A DNA stretch of 64,000 nucleotides from Massalongia carnosa (Eukaryota), in contig OZ287073.1 in NCBI GenBank assembly GCA_965645245.1, positions 1,550,001 through 1,614,000 on the forward strand, read 5' to 3'. Under the pieces are notes generated by a model. That model had not been told where the DNA came from. It ran no database searches and saw only the letters and a list, made by a program, of their open reading frames with translations. Below, piece by piece: positions 38,055 to 51,800 of this stretch (its first letter is position 1; each line of letters begins with the position of its first letter). The position numbers were made by a program, and so were the translations under genes.

Positions 38055-39273
38055 TTATTTTTTTCTGCCCTGGGTACGAGGTCGAGGGCTGACGACATAT
38101 TGGTTCACCTTGGAGCGTTTTCGTGTCTTGAATCCACCTTTGGTCTGCAGCAATTTAGCGTGGGAAATAGCCATCGGTCATCAAGCTTCATACCAGTTGG
38201 CCCCATATGCTGACCGGGTGCACGTTGCCCTTCGACTTTCCTCGACCTCCACCATGAGGATGATCGCAGGCGTTCATGGCCACGCCTCGTACCGTGGGTC
38301 GGATGCCCAACCATCGACTCCGGCCAGCTTTACCAAGCTGCGCCTTGCTGTGATTGATATTGCTGCTTACCCCAATCGTCGCGCAAGCGTCTCTGCTGAT
38401 CCTCCGCACTTCTCCGCTCTGCAACCGGACGTCCACGTACCTGGCGGCTTTCTCGCTCTCGTCATTCTTGTTCACCACGATCGCATGAGTGCCAGCACTC
38501 CTACAAAGCTGTGCGCCCTTATTGCGATAGAGACCTATGTTGTAGACAATGGTGCCTGTAGGTATCATATGTAGCGGAAGGCAATTACCTCTCCACGCCG
38601 TCTTTGCGGCAATCATCCCGACGTCTGCTGAGCCTCCCAGTTCGTCCAGAATTTTTTGAGGAACGCCTTTTCGAAAGCTTTCCACTAGCTCCCCCACCCT
38701 CATTCCTTGCGGGGCCACAATGTAGCTGTATTCCCTGTCCCTAGGCATCTCTTTGACTCTGGTAACTCCATCGCCGTAAGCTTTCTGGCGCGTGTCGTCA
38801 TCCTTTTCCGTCATCCCCTTGGGGCGACTTAAGAGGGCGATATGGGCGCTTCGGCCTGGGTCGTGTTCAATTCGCTCCACCAGGTGCTTGCCGCTAGCCA
38901 TTCGTTCAAAATCAATGACTCGTATCCTTCGCTTATGACCTCCTCCACGATGTCGCACACTGATTTTTCCGCTGCTGTTGCGTCCACCAATGTGCTGTCC
39001 CTTTCTGGGGAACGTCAAGGGAAGATGAGGCCGGCCCATATAGAGGTGCTCGTTGATGGGACGCTTGAGATGCCTCACTCCTGGCGTTCGTGGTTTGTAC
39101 GTCTTCATATGAACCGCTTCATCTTGATAGTAACCCGACTTTCCACTGTTCACATCAGCCGTTCCAGTTCCTGTAGCACGTACAATCTCTGTTGCGTATG
39201 ATCGATGAGTGAGATATTGAAGACATTGATGATGTTTGGTCGTTTGACGGAGAAACAGCCGTGGCTGTAGCAT
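38055..39273 (-). CDS. RML2: Mitochondrial ribosomal protein uL2m (2 exons)
   Basis: TYKPRTPGVRH, VRHRGGGHKR, IEHDPGRSAHIAL, RPTVRGVAMNACDHPHGGG; last exon TKGGFKTR...GRKK*. Confidence 0.95.
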
Positions 39274-40194
39274 CTTGCTTCTGATGGAGAATTCAGAAAT
39301 ATCACATGAGAACTGAAGGCTCAGTGACTGCTCTGTACTTTCCGGGGCTCCCACCTGGATCAATATGCTGAAGAGAGGAGATCCCAATTGACCCAGCACG
39401 TGATTCCGCTTAATCAACCACCTTACGTAAGAATGATCCAACGCGTTGCTGTGCCAAAACAACAAGGAATATACGAGTTACACGGTTTAGCTTTGACTTA
39501 CAGAGACGCAAAGACATGAGAGGCAACCTACAAATCAAAAACAATTCATGATCCGTTTCTTCCAAGCATTATCCTAAGATACAATTCCATCACCTCAGTC
39601 TCCCGTCTTACTAACAACTTTTCCATACCTTGCAAACAACGTTTGGCGCCACGGAAAGTAAACGCCAATTCCCCTCTAGCCGCAAGAAACACGGACGTGA
39701 TTCTGGGTGTTGCGTTCTCGTTCTGTTTATCCCAACATCCCGCACAGCCTACCACTCTCTTCACTCTTCACATGCGCGACGAAATCTTCACTCCAACATC
39801 TAACATTATCACATCGGCACGTTGCTTGTTATAGAAATTGCAGATCATCACTGGACCTGTTGAACAGCGTTTCAGACGTGGGGCATCACTATTGAGCAAC
39901 AGCCATATAGATAGCTTAGGTCTTGGGTATTTTCATCGTGGAAGCAACCAAGACATCTCCACCTCTCACGTCTTTGGATCTCTGCATATTTGCTCCAGCT
40001 TCTTTTTGTATGCTCGGTGAGTATCTTCTACCGCCGGTTGCATAGCTTTGGATTTGTTTGTTGATATTCCAGGTCCTCGTTAATCCCCCAAGCCCACCTC
40101 GAAATCCTTGAGCTTTGTCAATTATACCTAGCCCATACATACCATCCCATTTATTCGGACTCATCTTAGGTGAAAGCCTCCGAGAAACGTCACG

Positions 40195-41919
40195 ATGCCT
40201 GCGGTAAGCCTTCATGACGCGACCTTGTTCCTTTAGCTTAACGGTGAACATGTTCCATCTTTCCCCAGTACTAACACACAACAGGCACGTTTCGTCAGAC
40301 AGCGTGCTGTCCACAATGAAAATGACGAGAATATTGGGTCCACACGAGTCACTAGGGCAAAGACTGCGGCACTAGCCGTACCAGACCATTTGACCGGTGG
40401 GGGCAAGGTTACTAAGAAAATGTTAACGTCAAAGAAATCCACAACTTCTGTTTCATCCTCCACCACCGTACCTCTTCAACGAAAACGGGCAGCATTGGGT
40501 GACGTGAGCAATGTAACGAAGCACGAACCAATGGACACCAAGGATGGAAAGAAGCCGGTTAATGGGAAAGCCGGACTGATCTCGAAAGCGACTCAGAATG
40601 CTACTGTACAAAAACTCTCTCGGGCGAATTCGACGCGCTCAGTCCTCGGAGCCAAGGACAACAGCAAGAAGGCCGCGACCGTCAATCTTAAGCGTCCTGC
40701 CAGCGGGTCTGGTTCAATGGGTGGTGCCATCAAGAAGCGGCAGATAAGTTCTGGCAGCCAGCAATCCGTCAATGAAGAAACCTCCGTGGTAGAACACGAG
40801 TCATCGACGGAGAAAGCGATTTCTGCAAAGATTGACCAGCGGGTCACCGTCGAGATCAAACAGTCTGTCGTGATCGACGAGCCTCAGCAAGAAGTTGACC
40901 AAGTCAAGCAAGCGTTTGAAGATGGAGTGGCGGACCTAGATGCTGAGGATATTGATGATCCCCTCATGGTGGCAGAGTACGTGGTGGAGATCTTTGACTA
41001 CCTAAGGGTCCTGGAAACGAACACCATGCCTAATCCACACTATATGAATCATCAAGAAAATCTGGAATGGCACCTGCGCGGTGTTCTTGTGGATTGGCTC
41101 ATTGAAGTGCATACGCGCTTTCATTTGCTACCTGAGACCATCTTTCTCGCTGTTAACATCATCGACCGCTTTCTCTCGGCGAGGGTAGTGGAGCTGGATC
41201 GATTACAGCTGGTCGGTATCACTGCCATGTTCATTGCATCTAAATATGAAGAGGTTCTGTCGCCTCATGTCCAAAACTTCAAGCATGTCGCCGACGATGG
41301 CTTCTCGGAAGAAGAAATCCTTAAAGCAGAGCGCTTCGTCTTGTCGGCTCTTGACTACGACCTCAGCTATCCCAATCCTATGAATTTTTTGCGAAGAATA
41401 TCCAAGGCCGACAACTATGACATACAGACACGTACTTTGGGGAAATATCTTTTGGAAATCAGCTTGCTGGATCACAAGTTTATGTCGTATCAGCCAAGTA
41501 TCATTGCCGCTGCATCCATGTATCTGGCCCGTCTTATCCTGGAGAGAGGTGAATGGGTAAGTGAGGTCGCTCAACTTTGGCGACCAGTTCCGCTGATTGA
41601 TGTAGGATGCCACTCTTGCGCACTACTCAGGTTACACCGAAGAGGAGATCCAACCTGTGTTCAAACTCATGGTGGATTATCTCCGTCTTCCTGTAGTTCA
41701 CGAAGCGTTCTTTAAAAAGTATGCCAGCAAGAAGTTCTTAAAAGGTACGTTGAAGCTAACCCAACCAATGTTTTGACCCCTCTCTTACTTACCACACCCT
41801 TAGCTTCTATTCTTACCCGCCAATGGGCTAAGAAGTATCACCCGTTATATCTTAATGACAGTTTAACTTTAAAGGACACCATCAGCCGCGCTTCGTCTCA
41901 AGTCACCAAATGTCGATAG
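40195..41919 (+). CDS. nimE: G2/mitotic B-type cyclin (NimE/Cdc13-like, multi-exon)
   Basis: Destruction box RAALGDVSN, DDPLMVAEY, LRGVLVDWL, ASKYEE, YPNPMNFLRRISKAD. Confidence 0.93.
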
Positions 41920-42839
41920 ATACCTGCTGCACTTATCATCACCATGGCATGACCTGTTCTCCCGGTTTTCATACAGCCGCACGATCATACATTGGATGAG
42001 TTTCCTAGTACATGACTTAGACTCGGCGTTTTGCGCGTTGGCAGAGTATCACGCACCTCTGTCGCCTCGACCTACGCCGTCTTCCCCTCGGTATTTTCAT
42101 GCTCATTTCCTCATCATCTCGAGTGTTGGACCCCACAAGTATGTTTACTTTTAGTGGTGAGGTTCAACAGATGGTCTCAGGCGCACTTTGTTTTTACTTT
42201 CATTTTCCGGGCGGTATGGACAGGAATGGAATTTAGGTGGCAGCCACCGAGATGAAAACGGGACGTAGGCCTGCTTCGGCGACAATGAAGCTGCCTTCCC
42301 AGACTCTCTCCATTTCTCGTTCTTCATGGAGTGGTCCCGGTGCGGATGGGTTTATCAAAGAGACTGGAAGCTATGGAATGAGAATGGATGGTTGGACATC
42401 ACAGACTTTTGTTGGCGATTCAGCTTTTCCTCTTTTACCTCGGAATTTTGCCGAAAGAAGGAAGCTTTGGTCACTGGCTGCTCTTTCAGGTTGTGAATTT
42501 GAATATGAACTGACTGTCTTGACCCTGAGCTTCTGAGGGTTATGCTCAGGATTTTCGCGGAGGTTTAGCCTCCTATTCATACCATTCCATTTACCTTGCT
42601 CTTGTAAATGGCAAAACAATAGGTTTCTTCAAACCATCTATCCCTCTGGTTTTTATTTTATTTTTAACACCCCCCCTTCCCCCCGGTTTACAAAAGGAGA
42701 GTAAAGCAGGAACAGATTATCTATTCACTTATTCATTCATTCCTCCATTCACAGCCCATCTTCCCTCTAATGAACGAAACACAAGAGCACTCCTACCTTA
42801 CCCTATCACTGAAAGAGAGGATTAATAAAGGGGGAGGAT

Positions 42840-42881
42840 GGAAGTGGAAGTGGAAGTGGAAGTGGAAGTGGAAGCGGAAGC
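42840..42881 (+). repeat. (GGAAGT)n hexamer repeat
   Basis: Direct reading; degenerates to GGAAGC. Confidence 0.85.
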
Positions 42882-43575
42882 GAAATTGAAACTGAAAAAA
42901 GAGTGAGGCATATTTCGAGAAGGGGGGAGAGAAAGGGGTTGGTTGGGTGGAGGGCAACGGAAAAGGCTTTCTTCAGAACATCTTGTCTCTCTCTTCTTTC
43001 TTCTCCTCCATCATCCAGTTCTCTCAGTACCCTATCTATTTACCCCCCCCCCCGCGGTCTCTCTTTACCTACGTACTTAACTATTCATCTATCTTTCCCT
43101 TTTTGTTTCGCCTCTTAATGACCTCTCTATCGCTATCCCTACCCTATCCGTCTCGCCTCGCTTCTCGTTCCGTTTTGGAGGACGGGGGTGGAGGACGGGG
43201 AAGCGGTGGGAAGGGGAGGAAAATTAGGATGGGAAAAGGGAGGTTCCATCCATCCATCCATTCATTTAGACCTCCTCGCCTCGAACGCGCACGAGTAGAT
43301 GATGATTGGGGCCTGGACTGGAGAACCCGCTCCTAGGCCGTAACACTTGTCAGCTGGATACATAAGGTACTTAATGAACAATAGCTAAGAGTTTTTTTGT
43401 TTTTTTTGGTCGACTTTTCCACAATCGAGTGGGTATCAATCTATCTATCTATCCATTCGTCTATCTAATTGGCCTTGAACAGCAGTCAAGTTTGGGGGGG
43501 TTTAAATGAGAAGGGGACGTCCCATAAACTTTAGCCTAGAGCACTCCTTTCTATCCTCTAGTTTCTCTTCCCATC

Positions 43576-44678
43576 CTACAACCCACCCCCCGCCGCCCCC
43601 ACAATCTTCAACCCCATCGGATCCCCCGAATACGCCAACCAGTACCTTGACGGATGCCACGCCACGCACGGCGCCGGGGCCGCCGTCGCCACGCTCGCAA
43701 CATACTCCCCGCTCTCCACGTGCGCAATTTCCAGCCCCGTGCCCTCGTCGCTCCCGCCCACCACGTAACTCCCATCCCAGCTAAACGCCACCGCCTTCAC
43801 GCCACCCTGCATGCCGGGAAGCGTGCGCTTACACACCCAGTCGGTCGTGTCCCACAGGCTGATCAGCGCGTCGGAGCCACCGATAGCAAGGTAGCGTCCG
43901 GTTGGGGCGAGTTCAAGGCAGAAGCAGGCGGAGGTGTGGGCGTGCAAGGAGTGGATGGGAGTGAGGGAGGGGTAGTCGAGGATTTTGGTAGAGCCGTCGC
44001 CGCAGGTGAGGAGGAGGGTGGAGGGCGGATGGGAGTGCGTAAATGTTGTTTGGTTGGTTTGAAGTGGCTGCGGACTCGGGGGCTGGGCGGTTGGGGTGGG
44101 GTAGACGGTTATTGGGATTAGTGTGTCGTCCTGGGGAGGTCAGCAGGAAGGCGGTGGCTATTTGAACAATCATTATCTATTCACACCTTGCGCCCTACCA
44201 TGACTACTTTACCATCGCCCGCCCAGGCAATGGTCAATCCCTCCCCACCTAGCTGCACGACTGCTGTGCACGTCTTACTGCGCACATCCCAGAACCGACA
44301 GGTGCCGTCGCTCGAGACGGATGCCAGCTCCGCCTCCTTGGTCGGGTTCCATGCCACGCGCTCAATGCCGCCGGTATGGCCTTTGAGCTCGGTGCTGTTC
44401 TTCACCTGCGGCTTCTCGGGGTTCCAGATGCGCAAGGTACGATCCGCGGATCCTGTCGCAATCAGAAGACCTGTTGGGTTCCAGGCTATCGTGCGAATCC
44501 TATAAGGGGATTAGGGTGGAATTTTTTCGTTTGAAGGTTTTGAAAAAGCGAGGATGTTTTACGTATGGGAGCCGGGACCGCGGGATGATGGATCGTGGTA
44601 TGTCTGGGTTTTCAGATTGGTGAAGAGGGCGGCGAATTGGGCCTTTGGGACGTTTTTTCGATATGTGGGAGGTGCCAT
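43576..44678 (-). CDS. THOC3: WD40 protein, THO complex subunit 3 / Tex1-like (multi-exon)
   Basis: IRTIAWNPTG...GSADRTLRIWNPEK, GRYLAIGGSDALISLWD, VAWHPSRYWLAYSGD. Confidence 0.85.
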
Positions 44679-44942
44679 TGAGTCGGATGGTTAACAGCTG
44701 ATTTGGACCGAAAGGAATTGGAGTTCCTCACAACAATCTCGTAGGATCATGGTAGACGTTTAGCGGACAATGAAGAGTCGTAGTCACGATGTTCTGTAAA
44801 TCTAGACTGGTCGTTTGTTCCAAGTGTACAGAGTACAGAGTATCGAGTACCTGGAGAGGGCATTTTATTCGCATGTTCTAGACAGGGCAACGTTAATTCA
44901 ACGACGACCATTACGCTCCCCTTTCAACGTTCACTTTGGAAA

Positions 44943-46520
44943 ATGTTCGGTTTGACAAACAAAGGAGCTTCAGCTTCAAAATGTTATCTGTCGCATGGCG
45001 TGTTGCCACGGTATGTTGATCCAAAGCAGCTGCCTACCAAGAAAAAGCCATTTTCGGCAATCTTGAATCAGCCTTTCAATCATAGGGTAAAATGGTTTGA
45101 CGGAACATAAGGGCTTTTAGTGTTATTAATGTTTGTGTAGGTTGATCTTCTTCTTCCAGAAGATTTGTATAATTTGATATGGAAACATATTGAGGAGAAA
45201 ATTGTTAATGTTCAATATTTTCGAGTAATAATGAGTTTGTCTGACCTGCTCGAGAGAGAATTTTTAAATACATATATCAAAACTGGTACTTTTAATATCT
45301 TCCTATTTTTGATACAATATATTCGGTCGCTTTTCGTTTGGCTTATGTTCGCTCTAACTACAGGCAATATCTTAATGCTTTCCGAAGGCCGACCAGGAAT
45401 CGACAACTTGTATTCCCTTCAAGATGGCATGTGCACACAAAGCTCTCTGCAAGGGCCACCCAAGTCCATCAGTATCGTCATAGCTAAACTAGTGACTCAT
45501 CACCTAGGCAATCTGCGGCTTGAATTAGGTAAAGAAAGTTATGAGCGATCCGGTCTAAGCGGAAAGCCAATTCGGGATGGTGGACGGAAACACATCAAGG
45601 CCCGGTATGGTAAGTGCGACTGCTGCATCAATTTTCAAACTTGGAACTCACACGAGCAGTAATCGAGATCAATTTGCGAGCGCCTTCGATGCTCCATGGC
45701 AAAAAGGGGTTCGAGAGAATTGCGTGGGCTTTTAAGAACGTGATCAATAGTGCGGTAACTTGGTTGTTCTATGACTTCTCATCGCTTTCTGAAGCAGTAA
45801 ACACTCGTAAGGCTGCCGTTTTCCGGAGGGGAGTGATTTCGGAAAAGATCTGCAGAGGCTCTTGCTCACGGCGAGAATCCCACAGAACCTTCTAGCAATC
45901 CGATCGCAAAACACCATCCTATTGCTAAGAGTAGTCTAACGAAAACCTTAAGGAGTGAAAAAATTCTTCAGCCGTACATCACGACAGCACATGTAACGCA
46001 AGATTGGGCCATTGAATTCCATGAATGGATCAGCCTAATTGTATTGGGCAGTCCAAGAGTCCGGGAAAACGATAATTTGGATCCCTTTCTTTGTCGCTAT
46101 GGCTTTCTGGATGATGGCTGTACGGTTGTATCAGGGGTGATCTTGCTTCAATGGTCCGGACTAATACCGGCTAACTGGATTCGCGCTCTATTTCTGGAGC
46201 TAAGGTACTAGACTTTCTCGAATACCCAAGTCGGAGAAATAAACGTTTGAAAGCAAAGACTAAGTCCCTTCTCTAGTGCGCAATTCAAGAAAACTCAGAA
46301 CTTATCCCCTCAACCTTGGTTCACGCTGAGCGGTCACGCCTTTCATACCGAGATGCATGAAGGCCAAAACGGATATACCATTCTATGCGCTCTAGACGAT
46401 AAAATGCAGAAGAAGGGCAATTCAATCTCAACGGAAACCAGACAACAAGAAAGCGATGAAACCTCTAACCAGGAGTACATCTTATGGGAATTCTCCCAAG
46501 CCTCTGATGGTCGCATATGA
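44943..46520 (+). CDS. RPP40: RNase P/MRP subunit p40-like (multi-exon)
   Basis: NILMLSEGR, LRLELGKESYERSGLSG, INLRAPSMLHGKKGFERIAWAF, DPFLCRY motifs. Confidence 0.88.
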
Positions 46521-47359
46521 CCGTTCGACTGCCACCAATATGCATCTGGCTTGTGTGGTGGTTGCTGAATCCACTAGCCTTCTCGAACGCTCATTCTTTG
46601 TCGTTCGGAAGAATAATCCATCAAGGTTTACTCGTTTTTACGCTACCACCATCTGTTTTCTAATCTCGTTGGCCATTGCAGCTCGGAGCGTTCACGGTAG
46701 AGATTGTTGCTGGAGCAACACTCCCAGCGACCAGCGTAGGGAGGGTTTCCAGATATTTTTGCCTCTTGCGAACCGGGGGAAAAGCCTATCGTTGCTCACT
46801 TGACGATAATACAAGCCTCTTTTGTGAAAATCTCGTCCACTATGCGAGGACTAACAGCCTCCCAAATTTGATACAATTACACATGCTCGTTTTCAACCGC
46901 CTCTTTTCATCTTATTCTATGGTAGATGGCTTCGTCTACCCTTAAATGGAAATATGTGAATGTTTTTTTTTTCCGTCCCAATAAACAGTATCGTAGAAGC
47001 TCTACCATTAGTCTAGCTCTTCGAAAATGATTCAAAAAGCCCTTCAGATCCCACCCAAATCTTCCCTCGTTCGTCCCTCACTTTCGCCTTCACAGCAATC
47101 ATAAACTTGATAGCATTCGACTTCAAAGACTTCAAAATCGCTACTATACACTTTCAGCTTCCACACTCACACCTTCCCAAGACTTCAGTCGCTTCTTACG
47201 CACTCGCACCGCATCTCATCTCAACGTTACTTCTGTTTACTTTCTCGATCAGCTCATCGCACCTTCTCCCTCCACTCGCTTTCCGCTCGCTTCATAACAT
47301 CTTTCCCCTAACTTTTACTTCGCTTTCCCTTCTACCTTATCCTTCTCTCCGCTTTCAAG

Positions 47360-48226
47360 ATGTCTACCATCTACAATTTCCCCGAGACGCAGAAGTACGA
47401 CAGCGCGTTCGATTACGTCGCTTTCTATGGGACGATGCCACCAAACGTAACCCCGCCGGCGGCTGCCTTCCCCACGGCGACGGGGAACGACATGTTTCCT
47501 TTCTCCCTTCCTTTGCTGCCTGCTCGCTTTCCTGCGATCCCCGTCGGTCCTCTTCCTTCGGCCGTCGCCTTTGGCGGCTCTCTAGACGTGTACTGTGGCG
47601 CCCCCGCGGAGACCCCCGATGTCGGAGACCTGCCGTTTCAGGGCGATGTGCCTGTGTCGGCTCCGGTCGAAGCCTTTTCTTCGGCGTCATTCGACGACGC
47701 CTTTTTGATGCCCCCTTCTCCCGCTCCACCGATGGGGTTTGCTTACCCCACTCCACCGATGGAGTTTTCTTACCCTCCTCCCTTTGCTCCGGCTCCTGCT
47801 CCTACTCTTGCTCCCTTCCCCGCTCCGGCTCCGGCTCCTGCTCCCGCCCCCGCCATCGCTCTCACTCCACCGATGGAGTTATCTCGGCCTCCCCCCCCTG
47901 CTCCCGCTGCCGCCCCCGCGCGCGCCTCCTCGGCCTTCCCCCCATGGTGGACCAAGGAGATGATCGACGAGTGGAACATCAAGTCGATGCAGAAACGGCC
48001 CCGCAAGCGCCGCGGCGCCAAGAAGGCGGTCACCCTGACCCTTGCGTCCGCACCCGCCCCCGCTCCCAGCCCCGGCCCCGGCCCCGGCCCCGGCGCTCGG
48101 CCCGCCTCCGGCAACGGGCTCAATTTCACCCCCGTCTCGACGCCGGAGACAATGCGCCAGGATTGCCATGCGGCGCACAACGCCAGCATCCCGTCGCGAC
48201 GGACTAAGGGCAGGCTGGGAGGATGA
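47360..48226 (+). CDS. Orphan Pro/Ala-rich protein with a basic NLS-like motif
   Basis: Uninterrupted 288-aa GC-rich ORF after a pyrimidine-rich leader; contains KRPRKRRGAKK. No recognisable family. Confidence 0.5.
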   Translation: MSTIYNFPETQKYDSAFDYVAFYGTMPPNVTPPAAAFPTATGNDMFPFSLPLLPARFPAIPVGPLPSAVAFGGSLDVYCGAPAETPDVGDLPFQGDVPVSAPVEAFSSASFDDAFLMPPSPAPPMGFAYPTPPMEFSYPPPFAPAPAPTLAPFPAPAPAPAPAPAIALTPPMELSRPPPPAPAAAPARASSAFPPWWTKEMIDEWNIKSMQKRPRKRRGAKKAVTLTLASAPAPAPSPGPGPGPGARPASGNGLNFTPVSTPETMRQDCHAAHNASIPSRRTKGRLGG

Positions 48227-48806
48227 AATGGTTCGGCTGGTTTTTGCAGCCGTGGAGGTTTTAGGGAAGGGGGAAACGGATAGGATGAATACACTGGATG
48301 GACGGATTGAGTAAGCCTTTCTTGAAGCAGATGGTGATAATCCCTTCCACGTCAACTGATGCTGAATCTCTACCATAGGGGTTTTTGGGTTTTATGCAGC
48401 GATTGGCCTTGTGGGGGCTTTTTTCTTGCGGTGCTTTTTCTCTTTTCTTCTCGGTATTTTTGTTTTTTCTTTTAGAATGATGGGAAGGGGATGGGATGGT
48501 GTAGCGGCATAAAAAAATTTAAATAAAAAGGGGGTTTTCTCTAGCGATAGGATAGTAGGATTCTAACTTATTAGGTTTTATCCAACCAGATCAAACCCCG
48601 TTTCAATTGTCCTTCCCGATCTCTCATATATTCTACTAAGCTAGTCTCCCGTATAGTGTGTGAACCGTCATGCTCGTTGATTCCGAGATCATTTGTTTTT
48701 TAAAGGTGAGTTTATTTGCTTGACTGACTTTAGACAAACAAACCCAAACTAGCTAATGAGGCAGAGCTGAGATCGTCTAATGAGCACTCTTTACGGTGCC
48801 AATTTT

Positions 48807-51800
48807 TTAGACGAACTTGTGAGATGTGCGCTTTGTGCGCTTGCTTCGAACGATAACGGGACTGTAGGTATCGGCATCGGTATCGGCGCTGAAGGCAGTA
48901 TCCTTACGTTTACGCGTCCTGAAAAAAGGTGACTCCGATAACCTATCATCTTCACGGCTCTTTTCCCCGGCATACCTGCTCTCTCTCGCGCCACAATCGA
49001 CGTGCCGATTCGTAAAGCGTTGAGGGTTCTCGTACAGGTCCTTCGGACCAACGGCGATCTCGTGAAGCTCGAGAAACCTCGCGTACACGATTAGCGATTG
49101 CTTCGCTGTATCCCTGAGAGCCTGGGGAAAGGAGAAGGGGGGAAAAAAGAGGATTAGTAATTGTGATCAGATGTACTGATACTGATATCATCTTTTATGA
49201 CGCTTACGTGGAATGCCTTTGAGGAGCTTTTCCCCTTTCCGCAAGTTGCGTCGCTGAAAGCCGGGTTTTTGGTCAATCAGCTTTTAAATCGAACAGTAGA
49301 GCCATTTTGCTGCGAAAACTGCACATTGGTTTGTGATGTCATGAATCAAGCGCTTGTCTTTTAGAAAAGAAAGCTTTTTGGTTTCCGCATTCCTCAATGT
49401 CATAACACGGGCCATGGAACTACACAGTATTGTCCAAGGTTGTAGGTATTTCCCCTGATAAGAGCAATTTCATAAGTCAAAAACCAAGTTATTATTGGAT
49501 CTTATTTACTTACGATTTGTGAAGAATTATTGTATTGTTCCATAATTCCCTCAAAACTGACTAATAGCGTAATGTGCAGCAATCCTGAGCAATGCTACCC
49601 ACTCCTTTCTCTGAAATCTGATGTGATAGTCTTCAGGATCGCGATCTTTCTTCTGAAGAAAATTTCTCGGATCATCCAACTGTTAAACATCAACCCTAAA
49701 CTTGACGATACGAGGAATCAATAAAGAAACATACCAGATACTTCAAAGAGGCGCTGGCCATAACTTCCTTGTTCTGGCCTACAAGACGAAACACGTCGAA
49801 AATCAGTTGAACGGCAGCGTCCCAGTCATCTAGTACTGGATTTTGATAACTTTTTCTTGGGATTGATCAGCGCAAGCCGAGCTGGATCTCTCTTCCGCAT
49901 GGCATGGTCTCTTATCGCGCGAGCCCAAGAGAAATTTCGAGCTTCGACGTCTTTCGCCGCGTTAGCAGCTCTGATAAAGGAGTTGTGAAACCAGAAAACA
50001 AGATGATGAAGGATCTTCGATGTTATTGATCCTTCAACATTGAAAAGTGGGGCCAAGGATTTGTATGTATACACCTGAGGCAGACTCTTCTCTTTGATGA
50101 AGCGCTTGAAGACGACTATATTCTTCATCTGTAAAAGAGGATAGAAAATCGCGTCTCCGGTAAATAAATTCTTCGTCTTGATATATAAACGGTGTATTCA
50201 TTACTACACACTCTTTAAATCTCGTCAAGTCATTGGGAAAGTATATTTCTTGCAGCGATGACGCTGGGCTGTCTGGCGACCAATTTCTGGCAAAGAACTT
50301 CATGTCACAGGCTTCAATCCTGACGTGCAGGCCATCAGGGCCAACGAGTTTTGCAAATTGTAGCATGTCATCAAAATAGAAAGTCAAAGTCTATAACGTG
50401 TGAGAATCGATTACAGAATTCAACAACAATTGAACTCTCAAAATGAGCCATATAACTTACTGAATCCAGACGTGTGCCCATCATAATGCACAAGCCCAAG
50501 ATACTCATCTGGGTTCGAAAGAATGAAAGGCTGGTCATTCTTTCAATCGTCGTACGCATACGGCTAGCCCAAAGGATTTTATATCTCGCCGTGGCTGTAG
50601 AATTGATACCTAGTACACTAACCATTACGCTATTGAACTTAGATGGCGATTTCTCTAACTCTATCCATATGACTTGGGTTAGTTGGTTCATATATGCACA
50701 AAGAGAGACCCAAATGTCCCTATCTGAGGCTGCCAGGTACGCCGTAACTATGTCTATTTGCTCGAATTGCTAGATATATGTCATTTATAAGTTTAGCTGT
50801 GTTGTAGATCTTACATTCCCATAGATATCTCTGCAAGAAACGCTCATGTCAGTTCGAGAGAAGTCAAATATTGAGCTGACAAGTTGATATACTGACCTCT
50901 TGTTGCAAAGTGTTCTTCTCGTTTACTGCTGATTCCTTTATCACCTCTAGAAGAGCCAACCGTCTGTGATGCCCAACTTCTAGGGGATATTTGCCTTCTT
51001 GCGAGCTAGGGAAGAGCACGAAATCGTTCATTCTTACGCCTCTGAATGCTTTTCTTTTCGAGGCTTTCTCCAGATGTTCGGATGTCTCGCTTGCAAGAGA
51101 GGGATTTGTAAACCGGACGCGCTAGTGTGGGGATGTTTGTATCCTGGAGGTTGAGGGGATGAGATCTAGTTGGCATATTCTATTCACCGGGTATCGCGAG
51201 GTCGAATTTATAGCACTGAACAAGACCAGCAGCATAAAATTCTATGGGCATGGACACGCACATTCGGTTTGCGCCGATGAAAGGACTAAATGCAGTCTAT
51301 TGATAATTTAAAGACATTAATCAGAACCAATAAAGGGCTAATGATAGCCAAAGAACCTTGATTGATGATTTGAGGCTATTAACCTATTTTCGACTGGCAG
51401 GTCTATTGGCCTGTAGACCAGTACCCCAGACAGGATCCAGAAAGCGCACATCTATCAGAACCGTACCTAGGTAGGCATTCTCAGTCATAGAAGGAAGAGG
51501 GTCAATGGTATCTTTTGCATGTTCTTCAAAGGTTTTCAAATAACCTTCTACTACCTCCAAATCTTGACTATCAGCTTTGCTAGGTGATATAGGATTCAAC
51601 ATATCATCGTATAAGGGAGTTTGTGCGATCTGGTTCTAAATTGTATATTGATCGCAAGCATCTGATGACGGAGACAGTGAACAAAAGAGAGATGAGGGGG
51701 ATTTTAAACGATTAGCCTGGGGTGGCTCCGAACTCTGATATGTTGGTAAGGTTGAAGGCGCTGCGGCATTCTGGCTTGATGTAGAGGATGTCCTATATTC

